Origin: Magallana gigas
Lineage: Eukaryota
DNA length: 64,000 nt
Direction of reading: 5' to 3'
Assembly (NCBI RefSeq): GCF_963853765.1
Contig: NC_088862.1
Location: 15,190,001 to 15,254,000, forward strand
Below are positions 36,151 through 48,530 of the stretch, in pieces. Every line of letters begins with the position of its first letter. Positions within the stretch are counted from its first letter, which is position 1. Below the pieces are notes generated by a model. That model did no database searches. It had not been told where the DNA came from and saw only the letters and a program-made list of their open reading frames with translations. The translations under genes and the position numbers were made by a program.

Positions 36151-39100
36151 TATATGAACACTCTGCGCATGCGTTTAAAAAGATGCTGCAGCTCATTTTT
36201 GAATGTACATGATCTAATCGTCTAAGCAGTTGCACTGAAAAGAGCAGTGCAAAATAATTCGGACTTGAAACATTTGCATTCCCCAGAACAACTGATATTA
36301 CATCAACATTCCAGTAGTTCTTAACATGAAGCCGCCACTGGTGGTAAGGATGTCCAGTGTGAAATCTGAAAACCGTAATCTTTATCCCAACCCCATCTGG
36401 AAGGGGATGGTGAGTTTTGTCATTTGTATAGTGACTGAACCAATGTATGTTTAGCTTGCAATACAGATCTCTTAATATGATCTACAAGAGCAGCTTCTGA
36501 GGGATCGAGGGGTGCTATTGTACGGACGCTGCTTACGAGCAAAGAGGTCAAGGCGCGTGTCATTTACTCTATTGGCAGTGCTAGACCGAACGTACAAGAT
36601 GAGTACAAATTGATTATATGTTCTGTCACACAGTCACATGGAGAACTTAAGAATCCGAATACCTCTGCAATGCTCTCAAACACATTTCAGCCTGCCATGC
36701 TCTCATTTTACATGTCCCATCAAATTCGGTCTCTGTATCACAATCCGTGAATGCATGAAAGAATTAAAGTGCTTTTGATCTTGGACCCACTGATCAAACA
36801 TTATCATGAATTGGTATCGATCGCAAATTCCTGCCCTTTCACCCATAACTCATCAACTTTCAAATCATCAAAAACTCCCACACCAATAACAACAACAATC
36901 TGTATCCGAACTTGATTTGATACTACCCAAGACTGCATGTTTTGTATGTAGGAACATACAAGTGTCAGATTCTTCATGGTTTCAAGATAATACAAAGTCT
37001 GTATACATAGCTCTGTTACTGACAACATTTTTTCCTTTGTTACAACTATAGTAGTTTCTGTCGTTATAGTTACAGATACGATTTTGTTTCCTAAAAACCC
37101 AATAGATCCGTTTTTTCTCGATACACCGAAGAAAAGAGTTCCAAGTCTACTGTTTCCAGTTACCTACCCTCTAGATTCTTTGACAATTAGCAATATCGCA
37201 TCATCATCACCTTTTACAATTACATGTACACTGTTCTGCTCATTGGCTTGTGCAATGGCTATGCTTGAAAAATTCAGTGATTCAGTTTTTCTAATGGTAG
37301 AGTTTCCAAACAAAAAGCTGATTCTTCAAATACATAGTAAGCAAATTAAGAAGATAACTGTAGCCTGTTATCTAGACTTTTATTTCCTGTCAGAGCATTG
37401 TGATTTCAAGAATTTTTGGAATATGAAACCAGAAATTCCCCCCTCGCTCTCTCAAAATGTTTTTTCGAATACTTGTGTGAAATCTCAGTCGATGCCTATT
37501 TTGGAAGCTAGTCAAGAATTGCCAAACAGTGTACCGACAGTTCCCTCACTTGTTATTGACGGCCCATCATTATAGTCAATTCAAAACAAACGAACAATGT
37601 CAAACCTTTGACATTATCCTAGCGCACTTCGCTTGTGCAAGGCTATTGTCTTCGATGTTTACAAAGATGATAACCATAAAGGTGAAAGTAGAAGAAAACG
37701 AGGCATAAGATCTAGACGGAAGATAACTAGAAACACTAGACCTCCAAACTCTTGGAACCCTTTTTTTCGGTATAACGAGAACAAAACAAGACCATCTGGA
37801 TTTAAGCAGACAAAATCGTATCTGCTACTATTACCACAGAAACTACTATATTTATAACAAAGGAAAACATGCAAATCAATGCAAAATGCAAAACATGCAG
37901 CCTTGGGTACTATCAATTCAATCATCACAGTAAGTTCGGATACAGGTTGTTGTTGTTTTTGGTGTGGTTGTTTTTGATGATTAAAAAGTTGATGAGTTAT
38001 GGGTAACATTTGGAAAGGGCAAGGATTTGCAATGGATACCAGTTCATGACATTGTTGGATCACTGGGTCCAAGATCAAAGCATTGTCATTCTGTCATACA
38101 TTCACGGACTGGGATACAGAGTTCGCATTTTTTTGAGACAGGTAAAATGGCAGAATGGCAGGCTGAAATGTGTTTGAGAACGTAACAGAGGAACTCAGAT
38201 TCTTAAGTTCTCCTTGTGACAGTGTGACAGAACATATAATTAATAAACTAGAAGAATTTGTACACATCATGTACGTTCGGTCTAGCACTTCCAATAGAGT
38301 AAATGACACGCGCATTGGCCTCTTTGCTCGTAAGCAGCTTCCATACAATTGCATCCCTCGATCCCTCAAGAGCTGCTCTTGTAGACCATATTAAGAGATC
38401 TGTATTGCAAACTGGACATACTATCACCGTGTGAAATGTTCCCCTTGGACATGAAACATTTTCCCCTGTCATTGGCGTTGAGTGACTTTGATCTGGACAC
38501 CCTTAATTGACTCACAGTTTATCTGAGTAATCCGTTAATTGAAGTAACTCTATTATTCTCTTTTGTTAAAAATGTTTTGTTATCTATATGTAATTGTTGG
38601 CCATGTTTAATTATTTGGCAGTTGGAGAGCGACGGTCAAGGCGATCGTCCACCGACTCCCGATATCGCGGAATATTGAAATAAGTTGCGGAGTTTTAATA
38701 AATCTTGTAAAACGAATACCGACCGACTTGTGCATTTTCCATGGGTCACAATACATTGGGTCAGTTACTATGTAAGTAAAAAACCACAGCATCCCCTTCC
38801 AGACAGGGTTCGGATAAGCTTGCGGTTTTTCGGTTTCACACGGGACATCCTTATCATCAATTGCGGCTTCAGTTCAAAAACTACTGAAATGTTCATGTAA
38901 TATTAATTGTTCTGGGGAATGCAAATGTTTCAAGTCCGAATTATTTTGCACTGCTCTTTGCAGTGCAACTGCTTAGACGATTAGATCATACCCATTCAAG
39001 AATGAGCTGCAGCATCTTTTTAAACGCATGCGCAGAGTGTTCATATATGAAATGAACATCAAATTATATCATACAACAAATTCTTCTTCATAATTTCACA

Positions 39101-39323
39101 GAAAATAAAAACATTACCCAGAAATATTTAAAATATCATGAAAACATTATGAAAAAAGACGCCATTTTGAAATTAGAGGCGGCCATCTTGAAAATGACTA
39201 AAACTTGAATGGCCAACGATATGTTTTGATCGAGTAATGTTCAAGGAACCTTCATGCAAAATTTGGTGCTTGTATCCACAAGTGAAATATCTTGCTGAAA
39301 TATTGACCTAAGCCGCTACACTA
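35263..39323. mobile_element. Academ-type DNA transposon derivative, foldback of two right ends, degenerate transposase
   Basis: Termini TAGTGTAGCGG/CCGCTACACTA with 3-bp TSD TCG (35260-62, 39324-26). Transposase fragments: CSLLSRL...PPSLS, VIDG, VFDVY...RRKRG...W..F.R.NENK, NHEESDTCMFLHTKHA, VNDTRIGLF...PSRAALVDHIKRS, WGW...W..LP...C.ELL.C.C..C.GECKCFKSELFCTAL. Many stops and frameshifts. Confidence 0.85.
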
Positions 39324-39599
39324 TCGGGGTTTACTCTCTGTGTCCTATCTGGGATTACTTTGGGTTTACTGTGGGTTAAGGCTGGGTTTACTCTTGGTCC
39401 ACTCTACTATACCTGGAGTAATCACAGAATGAACCCCGAAAATAAACTCAGGGTTTAGTTGGGTTTTACTTACTGTGAGGATAGGTCTGAGCGGTCTGAC
39501 GAAAAAATCACATCTAAAGTTTTAAGGTAGAATTAGGGATGACAATCGATTGCAGAATTGCTAAACGGTTAATTGAAATTTGTTTACATAATCTTTTTA

Positions 39600-39860
39600 T
39601 TAAAAAAAACTTTGGCCAGAAGAAGTTGATACTTGTGTGGAAGTATCCTTATATAATGTAGATTCAAAGTTGTGAAAATCATGATTCTTGGGGGTAAGGT
39701 GGGCCATAATGGGGTTAAAATTTTATAAGAGAAAAATCATAAAAAATCCGCTTCTCAAAACCTATTTGGTCAGAAAAGGGTGGGGAGGCCCTTAGAAGGA
39801 AGGAGGATAATATTTACATTTGGAAGATATAGAGAAAAATCTTTTAAAAAATTAGTTTAT
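39600..39860. repeat. Decayed Cg170-like monomer(s)
   Basis: TTGGCCAGAAGAAGTTGATACTTGTGTGGAAGTATCC...TGTAGATTCAAAGTTGTGAAAATCATG is a diverged reverse complement of the satellite monomer. Confidence 0.5.
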
Positions 39861-40247
39861 AAATCTGAAACAACAAATGAATCACAATGTTAAAGTCAAG
39901 AATATCAAATTTGACTGAATATAAAAAATGTAAAAGAAAAACTATATATATTATAAATTTTGGAAAAATACCAAAGTTTGGTGCGTCCAGATATTAATCT
40001 AAGAACAGAGGCGTATACAGCAAGCAAGTAGCACCATTTTGAAAGTAAGGAACCGTTAAAATCCCGTATTATGACAAGAAAAAATGATCTCACTTGACTA
40101 AGCTTAAAGGGAGGGAGGGGTAGCATTAATTTTACAAAACCGCAACATTTCTAATCCGGGAGGATAGGATGCCAATTGTTTATAATAAATTTCATATATG
40201 CATATCAACTTTAAAAAAGTTAATAGTAGTAGTTTTCAGCTTCAAAA

Positions 40248-40401
40248 CTTCATACACATGGCCTGGGGGCCATAAAAGTTAGACAAGCTCACTTTTGATC
40301 TCAGTCTCACTTTTACCAAAGGAACATGTAGTGAAAAAGTGAGACTGAGATCAAAAGTGAGCTTGTCTAACTTTTATGGCCCCCAGGCATGAAGTATGAA
40401 G
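40248..40401. repeat. Foldback hairpin with 54-bp perfect arms and 20-nt loop
   Basis: 40261-40314 is the exact reverse complement of 40335-40388. Outer CTTCATAC/GTATGAAG also pair. Confidence 0.95.
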
Positions 40402-40559
40402 AGTTAGATTATTTATATGTATGAACATGTTTGTGCAAATTAAAAATAATAGAAAATAAATTGTTGCTGAGACTGATGCAATGAAACAGCTTGCACAGTT
40501 GAAATACATTACGAAAATTTTCACTCATTTTTAAAGGAATGAATTGAACTACCAGATCA

Positions 40560-41320
40560 GTACTCACATTAACTGGGTATTGGCAGTTTCCGCTTTAAAT
40601 TTTGGAAAGTGGTCGAAACCAATTTCTTTTTAAATGAAATTTTTAACATATATGGGATAATCGAAAAGTTCAAGTCAACAATTTAATAACATTAGATTAA
40701 TAATCATTAAAAATAAAGATAGTTAAAGATTTATATATTTTGATGAATTAAAATTATTAATTTCAAACAACATCAATTATTCAAGTATATAATGTTATGA
40801 ATAGTATTCTATTAAGTAACCTATATTTATCCTAATAATATTTACAAAACACGAAAATTACCGTTACCAAGCTTAAATCCACCAGCCTGAGTCATATGAC
40901 ATGTGATAGAGGAAATTTGTACGCATTTGTGTAGGAAGAAATGGAACCGTCCGCTCAATACTCACATACTCTTGGAAATTTTTTTTGGCAGTTTCCACTT
41001 TATAAATCGAGATGTGCAAACTGTTCCAATTAACCCAAGTTCTTTTTTAAATCTAAAACATTTAAGAAATACTTGAAAAGTTAACAATATGAGATAGAAA
41101 ATGATGAAAAATGTGCATGATTAAAGCGCTGTAATTTTTGATAAATTAAAATTATATATTTCCAATAAATTAAATCATTCAAGTATGTGACATTTTGAAA
41201 TAGTATTCTACATGTAATTAATAATCTACATTTATTCTAATAATATTTATCACACGAGAAAATTACCGGCAGCTAGCTTAAATCCATCAGCCACAATCAT
41301 ATGAATTGTGATAACTGCTA
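40560..41320. repeat. Old degenerate tandem duplication, ~400-bp period
   Basis: TACTCACAT...TTGGCAGTTTCC...AATTAAAATTAT...ATTCAAGTAT...AATAGTATTCTA...AAAATTACCG...GCTTAAATCCA.CAGCC occurs twice. Confidence 0.7.
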
Positions 41321-42204
41321 TTCATATCGTTATCATTTATCCCCGTTACTTCAACAAATAGGTTGTCGGGTTTCTACGATAAACGGATAAAAATATCACG
41401 TTTCACAATCTTCATCTAAGAATTGATGCTTATTTTCACACTCTCTTACGCATGTACGAATCAAATGGGGGGGGGGGGGTGGTCGTGGGTTCCGCAATTC
41501 CCCCCCCCCCACCTGGAAAATTTTAATTTATAATATCCCAAGTTAATGCTATTGATTTCAATAGTTTTAACAGACCGGTATGTGTTTTTATCCAAAAAGC
41601 GTTATAATGAATTTGAAAAAAACCAACTTGATAACGCCTTTCCAAACAGCAATAATGTCTTTCCAAGAGCGTAATAATGCGTAAAGAGGCTGGGTTGTCA
41701 AAAAATTAGTAAAAAGATCTTCCTTAAATTTTTACATACAATCTATGTATTAGCTAATAACAATTATTTAGTAAAGAAAAAGTCCATATATTTACATTTA
41801 ATTTTTTTTCCATTTTCCTATATACTTATAAAGAGTCCCCCCGGTAAAGGAGATCAATACAGTCTAAAAAATGCCGATACCATCTAACCCTCTTAAATTA
41901 TCAAATCAATCATATAACGCACACAATTCGTTTAATGATTTTTGGGAGTTGATTTTTATCACGTCTCCTATGCAGTTACTCTGGCAAACCGAAAGTGAAA
42001 CAGTGTTTGAACCTAAGCACAAATCATCACCGCTGACAAGAGTTAGTTCTTGAAAATAATAGAAAAATTCGATGTAATGTATGCTGAAGCATTGTTTGTC
42101 AAGGAAACTTATCAATAAACACTTTGTAAGTAGTCAGATTTTATATAATACAAACAATTTAGATATTTTTAAAGTCTCATGTATTATTACGCCAGAATTT
42201 AATA

Positions 42205-42318
42205 AAGCCTCGTTCAACCAAACGCTCGGCTGTATCCGTAAATCTCCGACAAGCAGTGAGGCTCTCTTGCTTGTCGGAGATTAATGGAGACTGCCGAGCG
42301 TCTGGTTGAACGAGACTA
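42205..42318. mobile_element. 114-bp foldback MITE with TAG-type terminus
   Basis: CTCGTTCAACCAAACGCTCGGC...ATCTCCGACAAGCA pairs with TGCTTGTCGGAGAT...GCCGAGCGTCTGGTTGAACGAG. Right end reads TAGTCTCG on the minus strand. Confidence 0.75.
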
Positions 42319-44065
42319 GAGTTCGATATCAATTGTGCTTGCATGGATCCATACAGGTTTTAGAACTGCTTCGATTACTATAATACATAGTTTGAAATCT
42401 ATCTTTAAATATTACACAGCATGATTCATATGAGGTTTCTAGAAATTCTTGTCGAAAAAGTCTAAAATTCATATTATAAAAAAGTGCGTCATTCAAATAC
42501 AGACTAGAAACTAATTGCCATGCAAGATAAGTTGATTTTAAAACAATTGATAATCGATAAAATCAACTCCCGTCAGTACTTTTGATTAAACATCAACACA
42601 TTCGTCATAATTTTTTTTACTGCAGATTCTTTATAATTATGATTTTTTCATCCAATCTTTTGTAGGAATAGTTAAAAGCACAGATACAACAAATCGATCT
42701 TTTAAAAGAAATTATCCAAACTGAAAGCTATGTACAAAGCGACAAGATATAGACAGAATTTTTGTTTACCCAAATGTCGACTAAAGTAATTCAAATCTTT
42801 TTTTATCTACTGTTTTCATGAATGGAATGCACTTTCATTGAATATTCGTCAGATTGACTCCACTCGTACGAGAAAAGAATGAGCGTCAAGATTTATTTAA
42901 CATCATTGTTATAAGAAGCTCAACACCATTTTTGTTACAAATAGTGATAGATATGTTAATACTATTAATACATAACTCCGACACAATATTTCATTTGATT
43001 ACAAAAAATTAAGATTTTATCGTGTTAACAGTTCACTGTGTTTATTTGGTGAATCTGAAAAACCTTGAAAATTCTTAGTACTCTTGTTTTACATGTATGT
43101 GTGAAGTAACATATGATAACATACTTTTTGACAAAGTATTTTAAATTGCAAATATTGAAAACACCTATGATTAACTCTGGAGTGACAACTAAGTAATAGT
43201 AAAAACTATCACATAATTATTGTCATTAGCTCATCTTTATATAAAAATACTGAAAGATATACCTGATTCTACAATTATACGTACACCTTTAAACTAACAA
43301 CCGATTACATTGATAGTAAATAAAATTTGATTGCCTTTTAAAATTCAGTTTCCTGTAGATGTTGTCTAATTCATTTACCTTATTGTATCATTTATTTTTA
43401 GTAGCAGTACGGCGATCTAAGTTTCAGAACTTGTGCGAGATCTCAATAGATATTAATATAATAAAAATATGTTCAAGACAATAAAACATCATTAATATAA
43501 AAAGAGATAATACGCACATTATACCAAGCACACCATTCATCCAGACACGTGAAGGGGGCAAGACAAAAAAAGGAGGGTGGGTACGTTTATTTTCAGATAG
43601 TAAAACTACATTTATAAGAAGATAAAAGTACCTTTAAAAAAATGAGGAACTACTCCTCATTCCACCCTCTCCTTGTAGCTAGTCGTCCCTGTGCGTGATC
43701 CACATGCAGGGTTCTTTCTTTCCGCGAGGCGAATATACATAAATGTTTGAGGGATATATACCTTACGATTGGTGGATCTTACTTGAAAATGAATCAAAGA
43801 TCTCAGAAAACATATAAAGTATAACAGGACAGTTTTCATCTTTGCTCAAAAGAAAATTCAATTAAATCTAGCATGGTATCTCACCTTACTCAACACTGAT
43901 ACAAGTAAACTAAGCCTCTAAACAAGAGTACCAGTGACCGTTGAAATAGAACAACCCTCTGGGTAAGTTGGTTTTATTTGGTACATGTGTATCATTTCTG
44001 TAATTTTACAATACATTTGCAAAACAGTTCAGCATACGTCTTATTCTGTTTTAGACATTTACGAG

Positions 44066-45250
44066 GGAATCATGTTTTTAGAACGATTCGTATTTGAAAG
44101 AGATTGGTTCGGAATCTAAAAACAAGTGGGTCTTGGATTTTGTTGTCCAAGTTGCCAGGTGAGATCCCATGCTAGATTTTTTCATTTGTCCAACAAGTAT
44201 TGTTAGCAAATTTTATACGCATGAAAGGCATTTTCGAGAGTGTCTCGATCGCCGCAAAGCAGCCCAAAATTTGGATGGTATTCTTTAGATAATCTACATC
44301 TTGCTCGCTGCGAACCAATTTGATCCGGTAACTCGAGTCGTCGAAAATAATAGTTGGGTTTCTTGAAATTATTAGACCTCATTTGGATTAAGATAAAAAA
44401 ACTTTTACAACTATACCTGAATGATAATGTACATGTATTCAGATGAAACGGTACAGGAATTTGCATTCTAATGTGACATCAGGATATAATTATACATATT
44501 AATATCATTTATTTCTTTTATTTATAAATACGTATTAAATAATGCTTAAAGGTAGCTTATCGTATATCCTATAAGCCACATTAACGCCACCTATAAGCCA
44601 CCTTTAAGGACTTTTCGCCCTGTGCCGAGAAATGGAGTCGTCGAAAATAATAGTTGGGTTACAATATATCGAAGTGACCATGTTAAGTTAATCCACTTAA
44701 AATTATTATTAGACCTCAAACAAACCTATACAACTGAGAATATACGTTTCTTTTTATAAAGTATAGAGTTTGACCAGATGACTAAATATTATTATATAAA
44801 GAAATTTAAAATTTATTTTGATGAAACAATACAAGAATTTGAACTCTGATATGACATCAGGATATGTACATATATACAGGATATTGATATAACTTATTTT
44901 TTTTTATCTATCAATGCGTATTAACCTGTGCTATTTCGTCATATATAATAATATAATTTCTATAAACGTAGCAGATTTTTTATATTGTGTTTACTATTTT
45001 TAAAAATTCAGAAAAATGTGCGGAGTATACGGAATGCACTTTTGGGATTGGGTTTACGAACCAGGATTATTAGGGAACGTTCATTTGGAAAAATAACATT
45101 GAGAACAGTAAATACACCAACTGGGGGACAAATGAACCAAACAATGGAGGCGACGAAGACTGCGCCGTTCTTTTTCGCCTTTTTACAAATGAAAGGGTGA
45201 CATATGCCCATATCTGGTGTCCGTTTGTGAAATGGATACAACAATTATTT
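44066..45250 (+). pseudogene. C-type lectin pseudogene, paralogue of 16363-18245
   Basis: Exon-3 homologue (~44066-44158) has in-frame TAG at 44079-81 and a 5-nt deletion. Exon-4 homologue (from 45012) has TAG at 45071-73, FWIG changed to FGIG, EPN kept but WND lost by frameshift. Promoter similarity at ~43724-43762. Exons 1-2 not recognisable. Confidence 0.9.
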
Positions 45251-45678
45251 TTTATTGAATTTATTAAAAAAACAAAATAAGCATACATCGTGACATGATT
45301 ATGATAAGTTATTAAGGTGGCTGGATGTTAGTGATCATTTTTTACACTTCAGGAATCTCATATAGAAGAAGATTTTTGTATAAATATACATGAAATATCT
45401 TTATAATTTTATGACACAAATTATAGATGTTTTCTGTTTTTGTTATGCCTTTATAATTATTCTTCTATATAATTCTTTATAAGAAAAAGTCAATGAAAAT
45501 AAATAATCGACCTATCTGACAATTTTGATGTTGGTCGGTCTACCGGTAAGGTTAGTGCAAAAAGAGTTGTCGTTTGATATAATCCGAAAAATGTCATCCC
45601 ATGCGTTAATGGCATATAATTTAAGTGAAGGGTGTTACAAAACAGTCAATGGTGGTATTCTGGCAATAATTATATATA

Positions 45679-45753
45679 TTGTAGGACCTGAAGGCTAAAA
45701 TGTTGCCTTCAGCTTGTGGCCTAAGGCAACAATTTTATCCTCAGGTCCAACAA
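45679..45753. repeat. Imperfect hairpin, ~31-bp arms, in a segment absent from the first duplicate
   Basis: TTGTAGGACCTGAAGGCTAAAATGTTGCCTT pairs with AAGGCAACAATTTTATCCTCAGGTCCAACAA. Confidence 0.7.
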
Positions 45754-48425
45754 TTCATATGTTGCCCCCATACCCAGTCAATAACTATGCAATACTTCAA
45801 AGAAAATATCAAACCTAAAATATTAAGGTTTATCTGACAGTTAACTTGATGACAATCAAGTCCCCTTAATTGTATAATAAAAATAGTAGTTCTAGTAAAG
45901 TAAACATTAGATTGTAAGGTATGCATGTACCGTATCGAGTCATAGTCATAATATTATAGATGTCCACAAACTTATTTTTGTAGGACTAGCATTAAAACTA
46001 AATCCCAAGTTCAATTTGTATGTAGGGATTTCATTTTTGACATGTAGCTGTTTTACAAATCGCAATTTCAGGTGTATACTTAAAACGATATTCTCAAAGC
46101 ACGTGCAGGTATCATTTGAAACATTAGCGCCAAATTTACAGTGAGTCTGTAAAAAAAGAATAATGCAAGACAAATTAATGATTTAAAAAAAAATAAAATA
46201 AAAATAACATTAGAATAACATATTTGGTAGTTACATTATCCAAATAATATTATGTTATGACCTTAAAAATTACAATGGAACTATACCACCTGATGAGTTC
46301 TAGTAAGATGTCCTGATCTGAATTAGTCAGTGCGACTAACAATTTAATCATTTGTATAAATCAAAAGATCAAGCAATTCAAAGAAAGCCTAGAACATTTT
46401 GCTCTGATAACTATTAAGAAGGATGTCTGGCCATATTGTACATATATGTATGCGGAGTTAAAAAATATGAACATTTTTTAATCTGTTGTCATTAATAAAA
46501 CTATTTTCAAATGATTAAAAAAGCAAATGATATGATGTTTAACATGTTGTTTTTATGCAATTTGTACACAAAAATACAAAACATTGTCTTTTAATCACTT
46601 AAAACTGTGCAGCTTCAGAAATACGTTGAAAAAAAATTAAAATATCAAAGAAGGTCGTTCATGTCTACTCTTCAACCAATTGTTGAGAAAAAGATTGAAC
46701 GATGTTGGGTCGAATTTTTATAAAGGAATACGTGTATGTAGAGAAAAATCTTCTTCTCAAAAACCACTTGGCCAGAGAAATTGTAACTTGTGTGGAAGCA
46801 TCATAAGGTACATAGGCAGTTTTGCCACATATGTCTCTTGTTACCTGTTACGTTCTGGGTAGTTTAAGGCATAAACAAATCAGTTCAAAAAATGTTTACA
46901 TTACAATATTATGGCTACATTCAAATGAACGTCAAAACGGGCTAAGCCCCTGTGCATTTTGGTCCACATATGTCCAAATAGCTGAACAATGAACACTCCC
47001 CTTAAATATCTTAATGCAAAAATAATTATAATAGTATAAAGATCAATTGTACACCCCTCCCTAAAGTTATGTAATGCACGAACATGTCAGGAGTATGGCT
47101 TATTTCAACGCAAAACTTAACGCACCTTAGTGAAGTGGATGGCAAATCCAGATTCTTTGAATCTTTATCCATGTTTTCTGTCTTTTGACGATACATCTGA
47201 CCAAGTTATAGCATGTTTGATCTAAAATATAAAACAAATAGTGGACGTTTTGTTCAGACATTTGTAGATATAAACAAACTGTACTACTTCACTTTACGGG
47301 TCTTGCGATAGTGTTTAAAAGACTATCAGAGGCAGGTAATGATATCAGTCGTAAATTGTATGAAAAATTTAGTAGTATTAATTGTTTTCACATAATTTTC
47401 GTATAAATTAATTTAATCAGTCCAGAACTAGCGCACGTTCTTGTGCGCAATAAATACACATTTTTACGAGATGATGTATATCAACTCAGTATAGTCACTG
47501 CAAAGGGGTTTCCCATCACTGGGTTAAATCACATTTTCGTATTGATGGACAAACTAATACATCAATTATCAAAATGCAATGATATGAATCATGAAAGAAT
47601 GACTTCTTTTATTGGAGGTAAAAAATTTTATCAACGTATTTTAATAAACAAAAAATCTTGATTTTCTTTATGTTAATTGATATCAATCCGCACAAGAATA
47701 TAGGTTCAAGGAAAATCTTCTGACACATTTCATATACTAAGGATACATTATTGTTGCCATCATTAAATTGTATAAAACATATCAAGTATGTTTCTTCATA
47801 ACCAAGAACATTTTAATTGACTGATAAAAATGTCGCTATAATTAAATTTGACGTATATGCATGTATATGAAACTTCAGTGATACCCGCGCTGTGATCGCA
47901 TTTATGCAGATGAGCTCAGCTCAGTGTTGGACGTTTAACGTTTTCCTACGCATGAGTAGAAATTCAAGAACATGAATGCGTTTCATTACTTACACTTTAT
48001 CAAACGTGAAATGATTTTAGTGTGACAAAATAAGGAGTTGAAGCACAAGAGTTGAAAATAATCAAGGGGGGGGGTCTATTTGATTTGATCTTTCGTAGAG
48101 TTGAAGGTCAGTGTGGCCCTGCAATATGCACATTGGGAAAACTGCGCGCCTGTTTATATACGTCATAGATTAAAAATAGATTAGCGTGGTAGTTACTGTG
48201 TGACGATATATACTTTTGAGCAGCGTTGATTAATTAAGAAGTAGTAACGTAAACATGATGTTTTTTACAAATCGGTTTGATAAACAGAGGCAAACTATTT
48301 TATCCAGTCTATAGAATGGCAGCCAAGTATAATAACCTGGTGAATTACAGAAAAAGAGACCATCATTTGATCATATTGACGGTTTGCTCTCAGTGAAGAA
48401 GATACAGAAAAATCACAGGCACAGG

Positions 48426-48530
48426 CGTTATACATTTTTTTCATAATAAAGAATATATACCCCCTACCTAATCATAAGGTACCGGTATAGAGGGTATATA
48501 TATTTAATTATGAGAAAGATATATATAACG
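48426..48530. repeat. Imperfect ~105-bp foldback (MITE remnant)
   Basis: CGTTATAC...CATAAT...TATATACCC pairs with GGGTATATA...ATTATG...TATAACG. Confidence 0.55.

Larger units (their letters stand above)
34981..39470. mobile_element. Older MITE-like host element interrupted by the Academ insertion
   Basis: AGTAGACCCCAACTAAACCCTCTGTTTACTTTCGGGGTT (34981-35019) is an inverted match to AACCCCGAAAATAAACTCAGGGTTTAGTTGGGTTTTACT (39432-39470). Confidence 0.6.

Noticed and set aside
37084-37575. 163-aa ORF as an intact host gene
   Set aside because: It is a mosaic of shifted frames of the decayed Academ transposase. Motifs appear only when frames are switched.
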